Assembly (NCBI RefSeq): GCF_963921235.1
Contig: NC_086107.1
Span: forward strand, 62,186,001-62,250,000
DNA: 64,000 nucleotides
Reading direction: 5' to 3'
Origin: Mobula hypostoma
Lineage: Eukaryota
In this document: one piece after another, positions 37,830 through 50,700 of the stretch
Layout: each line of letters opens with the position of its first letter
How positions within the stretch are numbered: position 1 is the stretch's first letter
The notes under the pieces: generated by a model
What the model saw: the letters and a program-made list of their open reading frames with translations, nothing else
What the model was told of the DNA's origin: nothing
The model's database searches: none
Made by a program: the position numbers and the translations under genes

Positions 37830-38213
37830 CATGAGGAGTTCTGCAGATGCTGGAAAGTCAAGCAACACATAACAATGTTGCTGGTGAACACAGCAGGCCA
37901 GGCAGCATCTCTAGGAAGAGGTACAGTCGACGTTTCGGGGCAAGACCCTTTTCTTTCTCCCTGGGCCTCCTGTCCCATGATCCTCTCCTATCCCTTTTGC
38001 CAATCACCTGTCCAACTCTTGGCTCCATCCCTCCCCCTCCTGTTTTCTCCTATCATTTTGGATCTCCCCCTCCCCCTCCCACTTTCAAATCTCTTACTAG
38101 CTCTTCTTTCAGTTAGTCCTGACGAAGGGTCCCGGCCTGAAACGTCGACTGTACCTCTTCCTAGAGATGCTGCCTGGCCTGCTGTGTTCACCAGAAACTT
38201 TGATGTGTGTTGC
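37830..38213. mobile_element. PLE fold-back terminus (young subfamily) with perfect TSD
   Basis: Inverted arm 37830-37949 plus body 37950-38213; 13-bp TSD TTAGATTAGGTTA at 37817-37829 and 38214-38226. Confidence 0.9.
38115..38150 (+). ncRNA. Minimal type I hammerhead ribozyme motif, sense to KCNQ1
   Basis: AGUC CUGACGA A GGGU(CCCG)GCCU GAAA CGUC GACU; predicted cleavage after C38146. Confidence 0.8.
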
Positions 38214-38689
38214 TTAGATTAGGTTAGCTCTATTTGTCACATATACATCGAAATGTTGTTGCGTAAATGAAATCACCGGAGAAAAGTCCCGGCAAATATG
38301 AATCAGCTTCTTTATTCGACAAAACAAGATACAGCTGGCATCATGTTGAGGCCCTTTCAGTCGAAAGGTCTGGCTGGCCCAACATGGGCCTTAATATTTT
38401 ATGTGCTAAACATCAAAGGACAATCCATATTTACGACGCATCCATGATGCTTTCTTTGAAACTACACACAAAATTCACACCCCCTGATCCGCCCCCACAC
38501 CACAGACATCTAAATGAATTTTAATCAGCATTTTCTGGTCTGTGATTCAAGGCTTTTAGAAACCTATCATTGAAAGGTACATTTTAAATTTAATCTATAA
38601 TCCACTGTATAATTCAGATTTGAAAATTGGTGGCTGAAGTCATTTGCTAGATATGCTAAACCCAAAAATCACACTACCAGAAACATCCT

Positions 38690-38970
38690 GCTAAATTTGT
38701 CATTTGCGTTGACCAACACAGTCGAAGGCTGTGCAGGTGGCAGTCTGCCGTGTCGCCCTGCTTGGTTCCAGCACTAACATAACATGCCCACAATTTACTA
38801 ACCCTAACCTTAATAACTTCCCTGCGTCTTTGAAAGGTGGGGGAAAACCTGAGTACCTGGAGGAAAACAACATGGGTATGGGGAGAATGTATAAGCTCCC
38901 TTTGGACGGCAGTCGGAAATGAACCCTGATCGATATAAATATAAATGGTAGATTGCAGTGATATGTCAAC
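38690..38970 (-). mobile_element. V-SINE-like element
   Basis: gggaaaacctgagtacctggaggaaaac...gggagaatgtataagctcc is the reverse of the V-domain motif. Confidence 0.65.
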
Positions 38971-39066
38971 TGCACAAAGGAATAACTTAGCTACTTAAAG
39001 CTCCTCATTCCAAGATGGACGCCCCACTAATATTCGTCACAAAGCAAATCACTAAAATCTTTTTAA

Positions 39067-39588
39067 ACACTCTTTTTAAATCTTTTAAATCTTTTTTAAA
39101 GTGGCCACTTTATTAGGTACACATATTTATGCAAATATCTAATCAGCCATTATTGTGGCTGTAACTCAGTGCATAAAAACTTAGGAAATGTGATCCAAGT
39201 TACTTTGATCATGGAATCATTGTTAATGCTGGACAGGGTTGTTTGAGTGTCTCAGAAACTGCTAATCTCTTGGGATTTTCATGCACAACAGTCTCTAGAG
39301 TTCACAGAAAATGGGACGAAAAACAAAACAAAATCCACTAAGCAGCAGTTCAGGGGATGGAAATACCTTGTTAATAAACGAGGTCAGAGGAGAACGTTCA
39401 GACTGGTTCAAGCTGACAGGAAGGTGACAGTATCTCAAATAACCACATGTTACCACAGTGGTGTGCAGAAAAACATCTCTGAACGCACAGCACGTCGAAC
39501 CTTGAAGTCAATGAGCTATATCAATGGAAGACCACAAACATACACACAGTGGCCACTTTATTAGGTACAGAAAGTACACTGAGCGCAT
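39067..39588 (+). mobile_element. Tc1-derived non-autonomous element (TIR + transposase HTH region + internal TIR copy)
   Basis: agtggccactttattaggtaca at 39100 and again near 39548; relic SETANLLGFS...RGQRRTFRLVQADRKVTVSQITT...ISERTARRTL. Confidence 0.82.
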
Positions 39589-39997
39589 ATCTAAACTAAA
39601 TACCGCCAGTTTGTTTTGCATAGCGTGCCCATGCATGACCAGATAGCTCATTGTTAAGGTCTTTGTAATGACAACAGAGTCTATTGTGTAAATTGGTGTA
39701 AATTGAGTAACTTTACTTCAGCTTACTTAACTCTGAATTGAAAAGATTTAGAATTAATATTTACAGTTAGATGTTTTCCCGGTGATTTATTGCGTGAACT
39801 CTCACTTGCAGTTGCCCTGGCCACTCAAACGGCTGATTTTTCATTTTCCTTAGGATTTTAATAACTAATCATTGGAGATGTTGAAAGAAATGGTAAGACA
39901 ATTGGGAGTTGAAATTCACCTGGGATCACCAGTGCTAACAATTGAAGTCCAAAGGAAATGAATTTCACCACTGGGGCATTGTACATCTAGTCCTTCT

Positions 39998-40640
39998 AAG
40001 TTCAAAGTTCACAGTTTATATTATTTTTAAAGTGCATATATGTCACAATATACAACCCTGAGATTCAATTTCCTGCGGGTATACTCAGCAAATCTATAGA
40101 ATAGTAACTGTAACAGGATCAATGAAAGATCACAAACACAAGGAAATCTGCAGATGCTGGAATTTCAAGCAACACACATAAAAGTTGCTGGTGAACGCAG
40201 CAGGCCAGGCAGCATCTATAGGAGGAGGTACAGTTGACGTTTCGGGTCGAGACCCTTCGCCAGGACTAACTGAAAGAAGAGCTAGTAAGAGATTTGAAAG
40301 TGGGAGGGGGAGGGGGAGATCCAAAATGATAGGAGAAGACAGGAGGGGGAGGGATGGAGCCAAGAGCTGGACAGGTGATTGGCAAAAGGGATATGAGAGG
40401 ATCATGGGACAGGAGGTCTAGGGAGAAAGAAAGGCGAAGGGGTCAAGGATGAAAGATCAACTAGAGTGCAAAAGACAACAAACTGTACAAATGCAAATAT
40501 AAAGAAATATCAATAAGTAACAGAAACGTGAGATAACACGTTAAAGAGTCCTTAAAGTGAGGTAAGTGGTTGTGGGAATATTTCAATGGATGGGCAAGTA
40601 AGTGTAGTTATCCCTTTTTCTTCAAGAGCCTGACGGTTGT
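39998..40640 (-). mobile_element. Rex1/Babar-like LINE 3' tail hosting a PLE insertion
   Basis: aagttcaaagttc tail...tacaaccctgagattc...gttgtgggaa...caagagcctga; colinear with 911-1255. Confidence 0.8.
40133..40448 (-). mobile_element. PLE terminus (young subfamily) with TSD; hammerhead at 40232-40267 carries an A6G core change
   Basis: 11-bp TSD ATGAAAGATCA at 40122-40132 and 40449-40459; minus strand reads AGUC CUGGCGA A GGGU(CUCG)ACCC GAAA CGUC AACU. Confidence 0.9.
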
Positions 40641-40977
40641 GAGGTCATTGTGTCCAAGGTACTTTCCTGATAGGGAGCCATCGGTGGTCAGGAGGGCCTA
40701 GGTTCCAGGACAAGGCTATCCCATTGCACTTCAGGTGTGCTGACACCTACAATATCCCCAAATGCAGGATACTCGAACGCAGAATTTGTTGTAGTGGGGG
40801 ACAGCGTTTGCGCTCTCCCCTGAAAAAAAAGGTTAAATTTCAACTTGATTGGCCCAATAATTTTGCTCTAATCTTGTTCAGTGTACCAATATGTAATAGC
40901 TCATAATTCCTAAAGATGAGTTGCTCATTGACCTAACTGAGGCAATCAAATCCAGAAGGACCCAGTTCTGATCAACA

Positions 40978-41067
40978 CACACAGTACACACAAAATGCTG
41001 GAGGAACTCTGCAAGTCAGGCAATAGCCATGGATTGGAATAAATAATTGATGTTTCAGGCTGAGACC
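40978..41067 (-). mobile_element. Short old PLE terminus
   Basis: cacacaaaatgctggaggaactc...tttcaggctgagacc; TSD ttctgatca(a/g)ca at 40966-40977 and 41068-41079. Confidence 0.75.
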
Positions 41068-41577
41068 TTCTGATCAGCAGGTGTGAACAAGGATCACTGT
41101 GGAAGTCCTATGAAAGACTTTAGTGATCTTTAATTCCTTTTTGATGATGATATCTGTGGACATACCTGCATGCAGACACTGAGTAAAGAGACTCTGGTTA
41201 ACCAGTGAAGTTTTGCAGTGACTGCACATTGTCACACTCACTTAATGCACATCGTCTCAGCTACAAGCTGAAGAACTGCAACCCAGATTAAACAAAGAGA
41301 TTCGTGTTAATGAAATCATATTCCAGTGATGGATTAAACACAGTAGGAAAGCAGAAGGAAAGGAAGAAATAGGATGGGAAATCTTTTAACCTGCATTTAA
41401 AATGTATTTAGTTATTTAATGTGCAAAATTGAAAATGCATTTTTTCTGTTTCAACAATAAAACATGAACTATAGCTTTAAAAAGAGGATGTTTAATTATA
41501 CTCAGAAAATAAAACTTCATGAAGAAGTCTTTTTCTCAAAGGTCTTCACTCCTAACATGCTCCTGCTTTATTTACAG

Positions 41578-41653
41578 GCTGAGGGATTCCCACAGGATCA
41601 CCATCAAGGTGATTCGCAGGATGCAGTATTTTGTAGCAAAGAAGAAATTTCAG
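41578..41653 (+). CDS. KCNQ1: KCNQ1 (Kv7.1) internal coding exon, equivalent to human exon 12 (helix B, calmodulin-binding)
   Basis: Acceptor tttatttacag|G, branch-like CCTAAC at 41551-41556, donor CAG|gtgagt. 76 nt translating (Q)[25 protein letters not shown], matching human [25 protein letters not shown] with the same exon length and phase. Confidence 0.97.
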
Positions 41654-42199
41654 GTGAGTGCCTAATGATAGAAGGGAAAGTCAAAAAAATATTTCCCATT
41701 GTTTCATTTGGACTCTGTAGGAACGGCTAGCAGAGGTAACCATCTTCTATAAGGCTGCAAGTTCTACCCTTTATTCTCTGGGCTCCTTAATGGAGGAGAT
41801 TATTTCAACGAGGAATGGAAGAACAGGCATTGCTGAAACTCGACCTGGATGAATATAAATTATTTCTCTCTCTGCCAATGACCTTGACTCTTCAACTTCA
41901 GCACCTATGTATATCACTTTCCACTAACACATTCCTGTTTCTTTTCACCGACTCTGCAGTCACTTCCATCCCTTGTGTGAAGTTACTTGATGACAAGATA
42001 AGAAGCCAGTCTGTTGCAAATCTTTGACCCATTTTTTAACTAATGCCTTTCCTAGATGATGCTGTGCAAAGCAGTGACCATTTCTGCATGTTCTGCTCTC
42101 CCTCACTTTTACCATTTATTTTACTTTGTGCAATTAATTGCATATTAGACCTGTTGTATATTTATTGTCAGTACTCAGTTTGGTCGCAAGGTCACACAG

Positions 42200-42500
42200 C
42201 AGCAACACAGGTCCTTCAGTTCACAGAATCCATATTGACCAGAAGGGGCCCATTCACTCTAATCCTACATTAATCCTATTTTGTTCTCACACATTCCCAT
42301 AAAACAAACCCTCGGCATTTCCACTCTTTCCACACGTCGGGCCACTTACAGCAACCGACACGTCTTTGGGATGTAAGAGGAGGCTGGAGCACTCTGGGGA
42401 ACCCCACGGCACAAATGTTCAAACTTCAGACAGACAGCACCACAGACCCAGACAGCACCAAGGTCGCTGGATCTCACAGGTAGCAGCGCTATCGGCTGCA
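42200..42500 (-). mobile_element. V-SINE-like element in the intron between the two exons
   Basis: gtctttgggatgtaagaggaggctggagcactctggggaaccccac...aaacttcagacagacagcacc. Confidence 0.65.
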
Positions 42501-44279
42501 CCATTCATTTCATCCTTACCACTATTCTGCAGAACAAGCCCTGTCCCCTTTCCCTCAAGTGTAGGTGGAAGTGGGAGGAGGTGGAGGAAATTAAACATGT
42601 GTTCTCAAATGCTGCTGATCTTCAGCTGCTTCTCTCACACCTCCAGCACTCACCCTCACCAAGGTATTTATTGTGTCACCACTCTATGATACTATGTGTT
42701 AGTATTCCAAAGAAAGCATACTCCACTCTTTCAGCTAGTGGTGGTGATGCTTTGCCAGAAAAGTCTTGTGCTTAGTTCTCCCTGAGAGTACCACACTGAA
42801 TCTTCTTGCAAATCAGAAGTCTTACTTGGATCATTACGCTATGTTAACAATTTTAAAATGAAAATACAACAAGTCAGATCAGACAAAGTAGGAAATGTCA
42901 GTTTCTAATGTTAAAACAAAGGAAGCCACCATGGTACCGCAATCCAGTTTTACTGGGCAAGGATCATCGTGGGTTCACACTGGATGGCTTGAGGATCCCT
43001 GCCAGGAAGTGGGTGCTTGGCAACAACAAAGTGTTGCACCATCTTAAGAGATAGAAGATAAAGGACCGCAGAACCTCAAAGGCTGGATTTGTTCATGATC
43101 TGTAGTCCTCACCTTCCATGAGAAAACAATCAGAAGCTCTGTATAGGTCACTTTCACTTTCCCTTTGCTGGGCGTGGGCCATTTCTGCTGTCCGTGGGTT
43201 CATTGGAAAGAAACGGAAAAACAGCAGATGTGAGGGAAATGGGTTTAGAGCCTGAATCGATGCTTGCTTGTGGAGATGAGACCAATTACGATAGGGGCAA
43301 TGAAATTCAGAGTGGAGCAGTGTTATAACCCAATATTGCCCAATTTGCACCAGAATAATGTTTACTACTTATATCACAGAGCCCAGGGAGTCTAGATTCA
43401 AAGATGAAGGCACAGGATGGTGAACAATCCTGATGGTTAATATTATCAAAGGAGACACGAAGGCATTCCTTGTTGTGCTTGTTGCCCCATTTTTTGATTT
43501 AACAAGGGCTATTGCAGAGAGCTTGGAAACATTTGTAACATCACTCTTAGCTCTCACAACACATAAATCTCTCAGGTTCAAAGACTATGGCCCAAAATAT
43601 TTACTTAGAGGCTGCCTCAGATCCAAAGATTCAAATATATTCATACCAACTGTTAAGTATATACATTTCTAACAGTGGGAAATTCTGGGAGCCATTCAGT
43701 GTGAAACAATTTCTGAAACATTTGGTCTCACAGACTGAGGGTTTTTCATTGCTGATAATAGGCTGAACTGAACCTTGCGTATGGATACCTCATGTTTGAG
43801 TTTTTGGAATTGATCATTCTGCACAGGCAGCTCCCACAGGTTTACAACAGCTTTGGTTTATTAATGTTACCAGAGCCACAAAAATCTTTATTTTCCTTGC
43901 CTGTGAAGCATAAAATTCCTCAGGACTCTATTAAACAGTCACAATTAGTTGATAATGGCTTGTACAATAATAACAGCAAATAAATCCACAAAACCCTAGG
44001 GAAACTAAGCTGTTACAGTCTGAGATTTAAAACTTCATTCTTGCATCAAGCCACGATATTCTATTGGGTGGGATTGGCCTTGGGTGATTATCCAAAGCAG
44101 AGAATAACACATTTCACAGTTCACCTGATTGACTCTCCATTAAAGTCAATGAATCATTATTACATTGTAGGGCTGGCTCTTTGCTTTAATCAATTTTATA
44201 GCCAAGACCAGTTCCACCTCATATCAATAATGAGAATAATCTTGGATACTATTGCATTTAAGGTAATAATATTCATTGA

Positions 44280-44522
<243 letters not shown>

Positions 44523-45004
44523 TAGAAAGTAAACAGGTTTCATAATGTGCAGCATACAGACTGGTGAATGTAAACTTCCAGGGCACTCTATATTCCTGAG
44601 CAAAGTCACCCATCTCCTCAAGTTTTCCAGCCTGACCCTACTGGACCCTATGTAGTTATGTCTTAAAATGACTATTGTCAGATCAGTAGCAAACGTCCAG
44701 TGTAACATAAGATCTATGCTATACTTGTTGTGTCGGGGAGGATTGGAAAGTAGGAACTAAGAGTAGAACAGTTCCGTGGATGTTGGGGGAGTGAGAAAAC
44801 ACTAGAAACACTGAGCAGTGCAGGCTGCACCAGTGAAGAGGGAAGGTATTGTTTTTAGTACTTTTCTTTGCTGCAATCATTGGTGTTGAGTATTGCAGTT
44901 TTCTTGGGATCAGTGACTTTTCCATCTCCCTACCCAAGAAATAGCCTGGGAATGAATAATTAATCAGTTATGGATTTATAGAAAACTGCAATATGAAAGG
45001 GAGC

Positions 45005-45610
45005 CAAAGTTCAAAGTTTAAAGTAAATTTATTGCCAAAGTACGTAAATATCAGCATACACTACCTTAAGATTCATTTTCTTTCAGGCATTCAGACTAGA
45101 ACAGAAAAATCAAATAAAATCAATTCAGCCCACTATGACCTTGCTAGATAAAAAGAACTTTGTTTTAACCACTAATGCTGCTTCCCAGCTTTAAGTGTAG
45201 CCTTGTAGGTTTGAACTTAAATTAGTGCTCTCTAAATGATGGCTCTCTGCCAGAGCCAATATGGCTTCCTTAATCACTCTATTAAAATCTTTGGCCCACT
45301 GAGTTCATGCTGACCGGCAAATGATAAACGACACTAATTCAGTATCAGAATCGGGTTTATTATCACTGGCATATGCAGTGAAATTTGTTACTTTACAGCA
45401 GCAGTCCAGTGAAATGCATTAAAAATTATTGTTACAATAAAAAGTATATATATATATAAATTACAGTGTTAAAAGACAGCAAAATAATGAGGTAGAGAAT
45501 CTGAATCAGTTTAATATCATTGGGATATGTCATGAAATTTGTCGTTTTGCAGCAGTGGTATAGTGCAATGCATAATAATTTAAAACACTAGAAATTACAG
45601 TAAGAAAATA
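45005..45610 (-). mobile_element. Stack of three LINE 3' tails (45005, 45345, 45497)
   Basis: aaagttcaaagtttaaagtaaatttatt; tcagaatcgggtttattatcactgg; tctgaatcagtttaatatcattgg. The last one continues at 47908, after the Tc1. Confidence 0.7.
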
Positions 45611-45611
45611 T

Positions 45612-47907
45612 AGAAAACCAGAGATTTTGATCAATTTACCGAGGATTTTTGTTTGCGATTCACATGCTCCTTTTTTCACAGTGGAGCCCAAAACACAGGG
45701 AAAATTTAAATCATGACAAACTAAAAACTCTAAAACTGAAATGTCAGCTGTTCAAAAGTATTCATCCTCTTTGTCTATTATTTAGTTGAACTGCCTCTTG
45801 AACACAAAAAAATCTGCAGATGCTGGAAATCCAAAGTAACACACAGAAAATGCTGGAGGAACTCAGCAGGCCAAACAACATCTCTGGAAATGAGTAAACA
45901 GTCAACGTTTTGGGCCTAGCCACTTCTCGCAGCTACTATGGCCAGCAGTCTTTTTGGATAAGTCTTGATTAGCTTTGTACAATATGATATAGCAAGATTT
46001 GCCCATTCTTCCTTGCAAGATTGCTCAAGCTGTGCAGGGTTAGTTGGGGAATGGTGGTGGACACCAATCTTGAGGTCTTGCCAAAGACATTTGATTGGTT
46101 TAAGGCCAAGGCTCTGACTGGTCCACTGAAGGACATCAATTTTCTTCATTTGGACCCACTTCATGGTTGCTCCGGCAGTGTGCTTTAGGTCATTATCTTG
46201 CTGAAAGACAAACTTCCTCTCCAATTTAAGCTTCCTGGCAGAGGCGAGCAGGTTTTTATTCAGGGTTTCTCTGTATGTTGCAGCATTCATGCTCCCATCA
46301 ATCCTGACCAGATTTCCAGTCCCTGCTGCTGAAACGCAACTCCATAGCACGATGCTACCACACCACACTTTACAATAGCGATGGTATTATCTGGTGATGT
46401 GCAGCATTAGGTTTATGCCACACGTGTCACTTAGTGTTGAGGCCAAATAGTTCCACTTTAGTTTCATCTGACCACAAGACCTCTTCCACAGTTTTGCAGT
46501 ATCTTCTAAGTTATTGTATTGCAAGGTCTTTAAGGGCAAGGATATGCTTTTTTTAAAAGCCAGATCTCCTTCCTTGCCATTCCTCCATAAATACCTTTTC
46601 TGTGCAAGGCCTTAGAGGTCGAGCTTTCAACTTCAAATCCAGTTGCAGCCGATGACTTCTGCAGCTCACTGTGAGGGACTGTTGGCATCACAGCAGCCTC
46701 TCTTACAAGTGCCATTCTTCTCCAGTAAGTTTCGAGATGCACCTGACCTAGGCAGTGCGGCTGTGGTTTCATAATTTTTCCACTTTTTCACGATGGATTG
46801 CACTGAACTTTGAGGTTTGTTCAGTGCCTTTGAGAGGATCTTGTACCCTTACCCAGGTTTGTGTTTCTCTGTTTTAATTTCCCTGACTTGTCTTGAATGC
46901 ATTTCTGTCTTCATTTTGGTTTGCTTTGCGACCATACTGTTGGACCTCAAAGAGAGAGGGGATAGTTCTTTGTTTCATGCTGTCTGTGGGAAGAAGACTC
47001 TCAGGGATGTATACTGCATGCACACTGTTGTGACTTTGAACAATATCACCGAACAGACACTGAAGCTAATGGATATGGAGGTGTTTATTCTGCAAAAAAC
47101 AAGCAGCAGGCATTATATTCGAGACAGCCTTGGAAGAAGAGGCTTGCCTGACCCAATATTACATGGCTTTTTTATATGCTAAAGATCAAAGGTAACAGCA
47201 GGGCAATTCTATAGTTATCCATAATGCTTCCATAATTTTCAAACACTTCCTTCTGCACACCCACACTCCAGACACCCAAAATGAATGTTAAACAGCATTG
47301 TCTCTCTCTAGCTGCATTTATGTAAATGCAGACATCAAATGAATGCTGTTTCCTGGTGTGCATTCAACCCCAGTCTGCATTTCCAGGAAGACCATTATTC
47401 TGAGCTGTGTTTTAAATTCAATCTACAATCCACACTCAAATCTAAAGACTGGTTGCTGTTGAAATTAGTATTTGCTATATACCCTAACCCCAGAATACGC
47501 CCTAATACACACTTCGATAATAAATATACTTTCAACAATTCAACCCTTGTACTTCCAACTTTGAACTTTGAATTTTATTCAAAGTATTCCTGTGAATTCA
47601 TTGAAAGCAGTTACTCCTCTGGTTTTCTACATCAACAAATTGGGTGAGTGGGTAATGTAGTATATTGCCACTAAGTAATTATGTAGTAATTACAAAGGGG
47701 ATGAATACTTCTCCAGCCTCACAATTTTAGTTTTTAATTTTTAGCAAATTGTTGACAGGTTTTGGAATTTTTCTACTGATTTTACATGATGCACAATGTT
47801 TTGTAGATTAGCTGAAAAATCCTACTTCAATATGTTTTAAATTTAGAAAATGAGACAATAAAATGTGAAAATAGTTGGGGGGCTGAATACTTTTTCAAGG
47901 CACTGTA
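45612..47907 (-). mobile_element. Tc1 DNA transposon (DD34E-type transposase pseudogene) with internal insertions
   Basis: GSIVLWSCVSAAGTGNLVRIDGSMNAATYRETL...FVFQQDNDLKHTA...WTSQSLGLKPIKCLWQDLK; terminus TA-CAGTGCCTTGAAAAAGTATTCA (minus) ending at 47907; inner repeats at about 45753 and 47700; PLE fragment at 45800-45917. Confidence 0.92.
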
Positions 47908-50700
47908 AATTGAATTAAATAAGTGGAGCAAAAAAAAAGCAAACTAAATAGAAAAGTAGTGGGGTAGTGTACATGTGTTCATTGTCTATTCAGAGATTTG
48001 AAGGTGGAGAGGAAGAGGCTGTTCATAAAACACTGAGTGTGTGTCTTTAGGCTCCTGTACTTCCTCTTTGATCATTGCAATGAGTAGAAGGCATGTCCTG
48101 GGTATGGGAGTCCTTAATAATGGATGCCATGTTTTGGAGGCATTGCCTTTCAAAGGTATCACTGATGCTGGGGGGTGGGGGGACAGTGCCCGTGATAGAG
48201 CTGGCTGAGTTTGCAACTTTCTGCAACTTTTTCTGATCCTCTGCAGTGGCCCCTCCATGCCAGATTGTGATGCAATCAGTTAGAAAGTTGCTAGAGTCCT
48301 TGGTGACATACAGAGTCTCCTGAAACTCCAAATGAAATATAGCCACTGTCATGCCTTCTTTGTAATTGCATCAATATGTTGGACCCAGGATAGATCTTCA
48401 GAGATGTTGACACCCAGGAACTTGAAACTGCTCATCCTTTCCAGTGCCAAACCCTCAAAGATTTGAATGTGATACCTCAATTTCCCCTTCCTGAAGTCCA
48501 CAATCAATTCCCTGGTCTTAATGATGTTGAGTGCAAGGGCGTTGTTGTGACACTATTCAACTAGCTGATCTACTGCATCTCACATTTTTACGCATCCTTG
48601 TCATTGTCTGAAATTCTGCCAACAGTAGTTATATCGTCTCCAAATTTATAGATTTTTTGTGCTGTACCTAGCCACAGAGACACGGGTGAAAAGAGTAGTG
48701 CAATGAGCTAAGCATGCATCCTTGCGGTGTGCCAGTGCTGACTGTCAGTGAGGTGGAGATGTTATTTTCGATCCGCACTGACTGTAGTATCCCGATGAAG
48801 GACGTCAAGGATCCAGTTTCAGAGTGAGTTACAGTGGCCCAGGTTTCGGACCTTGTTGACCAGTACTGAGTGTATAATAGTGTTGAATACTGAGTGGTAA
48901 TCACGGAACAGCAGCCTGACGCTGTATTGCTATTGTCCAGGTAATCCAAGACCAAGTGGAGAGCCAAGGAGGCTGCACCCTCTGCAGACCGGTTGAGGCA
49001 ATGAGCAAATTGTAACAGATCCAGGTCCTTGCTTAGGCAGGAGTTGATTCTGGCCATGACTGACCTCTGAAAACACTTCATCGCAGTAAATGTGAGTGCC
49101 ACTTGGTGATAGTCATTAAGGCAGCTCACCTGCTCTTCTTGGGCAGCGGCATTACTAGTGCCCTTTAAAAGCAGGTGGGAAACTGTGACTGTAGATGTCT
49201 TTGAATATTCCCATCACTTGGCTGGCAGAGCTCTACCAGGTTCGCCATCAGGGCCTGATGTCTTTTGAGGGTTCACACTTTTGAGCGGTGTTCTGATATT
49301 TGCTTCCCAGACAGAGATCACAAGGTCAACAGATGTTGCAAGGATTCACACAGATGTAGCTTTATTCTCCCGTTCAAAGTGTGCATAAAAGGCATTGAGC
49401 TCATCTGTGAGTGAAGCATTCATGATGTTAGCTTTTGTCATTTAGGAAGTAATGGCCTGCAAACCCTGCCAGAGCTGACATGCATCTGTTTCCGTCTCTA
49501 ATCTCAATCAGAATTGTTTTCTCACTCTTAAAATAGCCTTTCATAGGTTGCACCTGGAATTCTTGTGTAGTTCTGGATCACTGGTCTTGAATGCCACAGA
49601 TCTAGCCCCCAGCAGACTACGAATCTCCAGGTTCATCCAAGGCTTCTGATCTGGGCATGTCTGGGGTATGTTCACAAAGGCACACACTCCTCCTCACAGG
49701 TCTTGATGAAGTCGGTGATAACTGTGGCATATTCACTCAGATTCAAAGACGAATTCCTGAATATTGTCCTGTCCACTGACTCAAAGCAGTCTTGTACCAT
49801 TTGCCTCACTTGACCATACCTTCTTGGTCTTCACCACCGGTGCTGCAGTCTTTAGTCTCTGCCTGTATGCTGGGAGTAGAAGTACAGCCAGGTGACTGGA
49901 CTTTGCAAAATGAGGGCACAACCATTCTTGAGGGTAGTATAACAGTGGTCAGGTGTCTTGGCTCCTCTGGTTCCACAGGTGGTGAGAGACTTCTTCAAGC
50001 TGGCCTGATCGAAACCCCCCACTGATAGGGGTAGGGTACTCTGTTTCATGACTGCTGGTCATGGTGCTCTGCTCCTCTAGTGCCACCTTTACATTGGTCA
50101 GGGGTGGAATGTACTGCGCTACCAGAATGACAGCAGGTAACTCCCCTGGCAGATTAAATTGAGGACAGTTGTACACTGGATGTTCCAGGACAGGAGAGCA
50201 GGACTGAGACAGAACCGTCACATCTGTGCGTGAACTGTGTAAGTTCAGGGATTTAAGGGCTCTTCAAGCTCTAGTATCTCCTCCCTGATGGTAGGAATGA
50301 GAAGTGGGTGTGTCCTGGATAGCGAGAGTCCCAACTTTCTGACACACCACCCCGTGAAGATGTCCTTGATGGTGGGGAGGCTGGTACCCATGATGGAGCT
50401 GGCTGTGGCTACAACTCTCTGTAGCTTTTTTTTAGATCCTGGGCATTCAAGCCTTGGGAAGAGGGGAGAGGATTCTGAGTGGTCGCATCTGAAGGTGATT
50501 CAACCACTCAGAACGCTTTCCGCAGTATGAATGTAGAGCGACTAGAGCAGTGGGTTAAGCATGCGTTCTTGAGGTGTGCCTGTGTTGATTGTCAGTGAGG
50601 ATGAAATGCTATTTCTGATCCGCTCTGACCTGCGGTCTCCTCAAAGGGAGGTCAAGTATCGAGTTGCAGAGGGAGGTACAGAGGCCCAGATTTTGAAACA
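47908..50700 (-). mobile_element. Rex1/Babar-like LINE, long decayed copy (endonuclease to 3' end) plus an adjacent second piece
   Basis: CLNDYHQVALTFTAMKCFQR...LDLLQFAH, STGTPQGCMLS, VILVAQYIPP, MASIIKDSH. Confidence 0.9.

Noticed and set aside
37875-38222. Recurrent ORFs MLVNAAGQAAS.../...DAAWPAAFTSNF as a small protein family
   Set aside because: Chance translations of the non-coding PLE terminus on both strands.
1-41577. KCNQ1OT1/KvDMR1-like CpG-island promoter
   Set aside because: No CpG island seen; in mammals that element lies in the preceding intron, and imprinting there is a mammalian feature.
42925-43047. Perfect Kozak GCCACCATGG opening a 38-aa ORF in the intron
   Set aside because: One 10-mer match in 64 kb on two strands is not improbable; no promoter or homology support.
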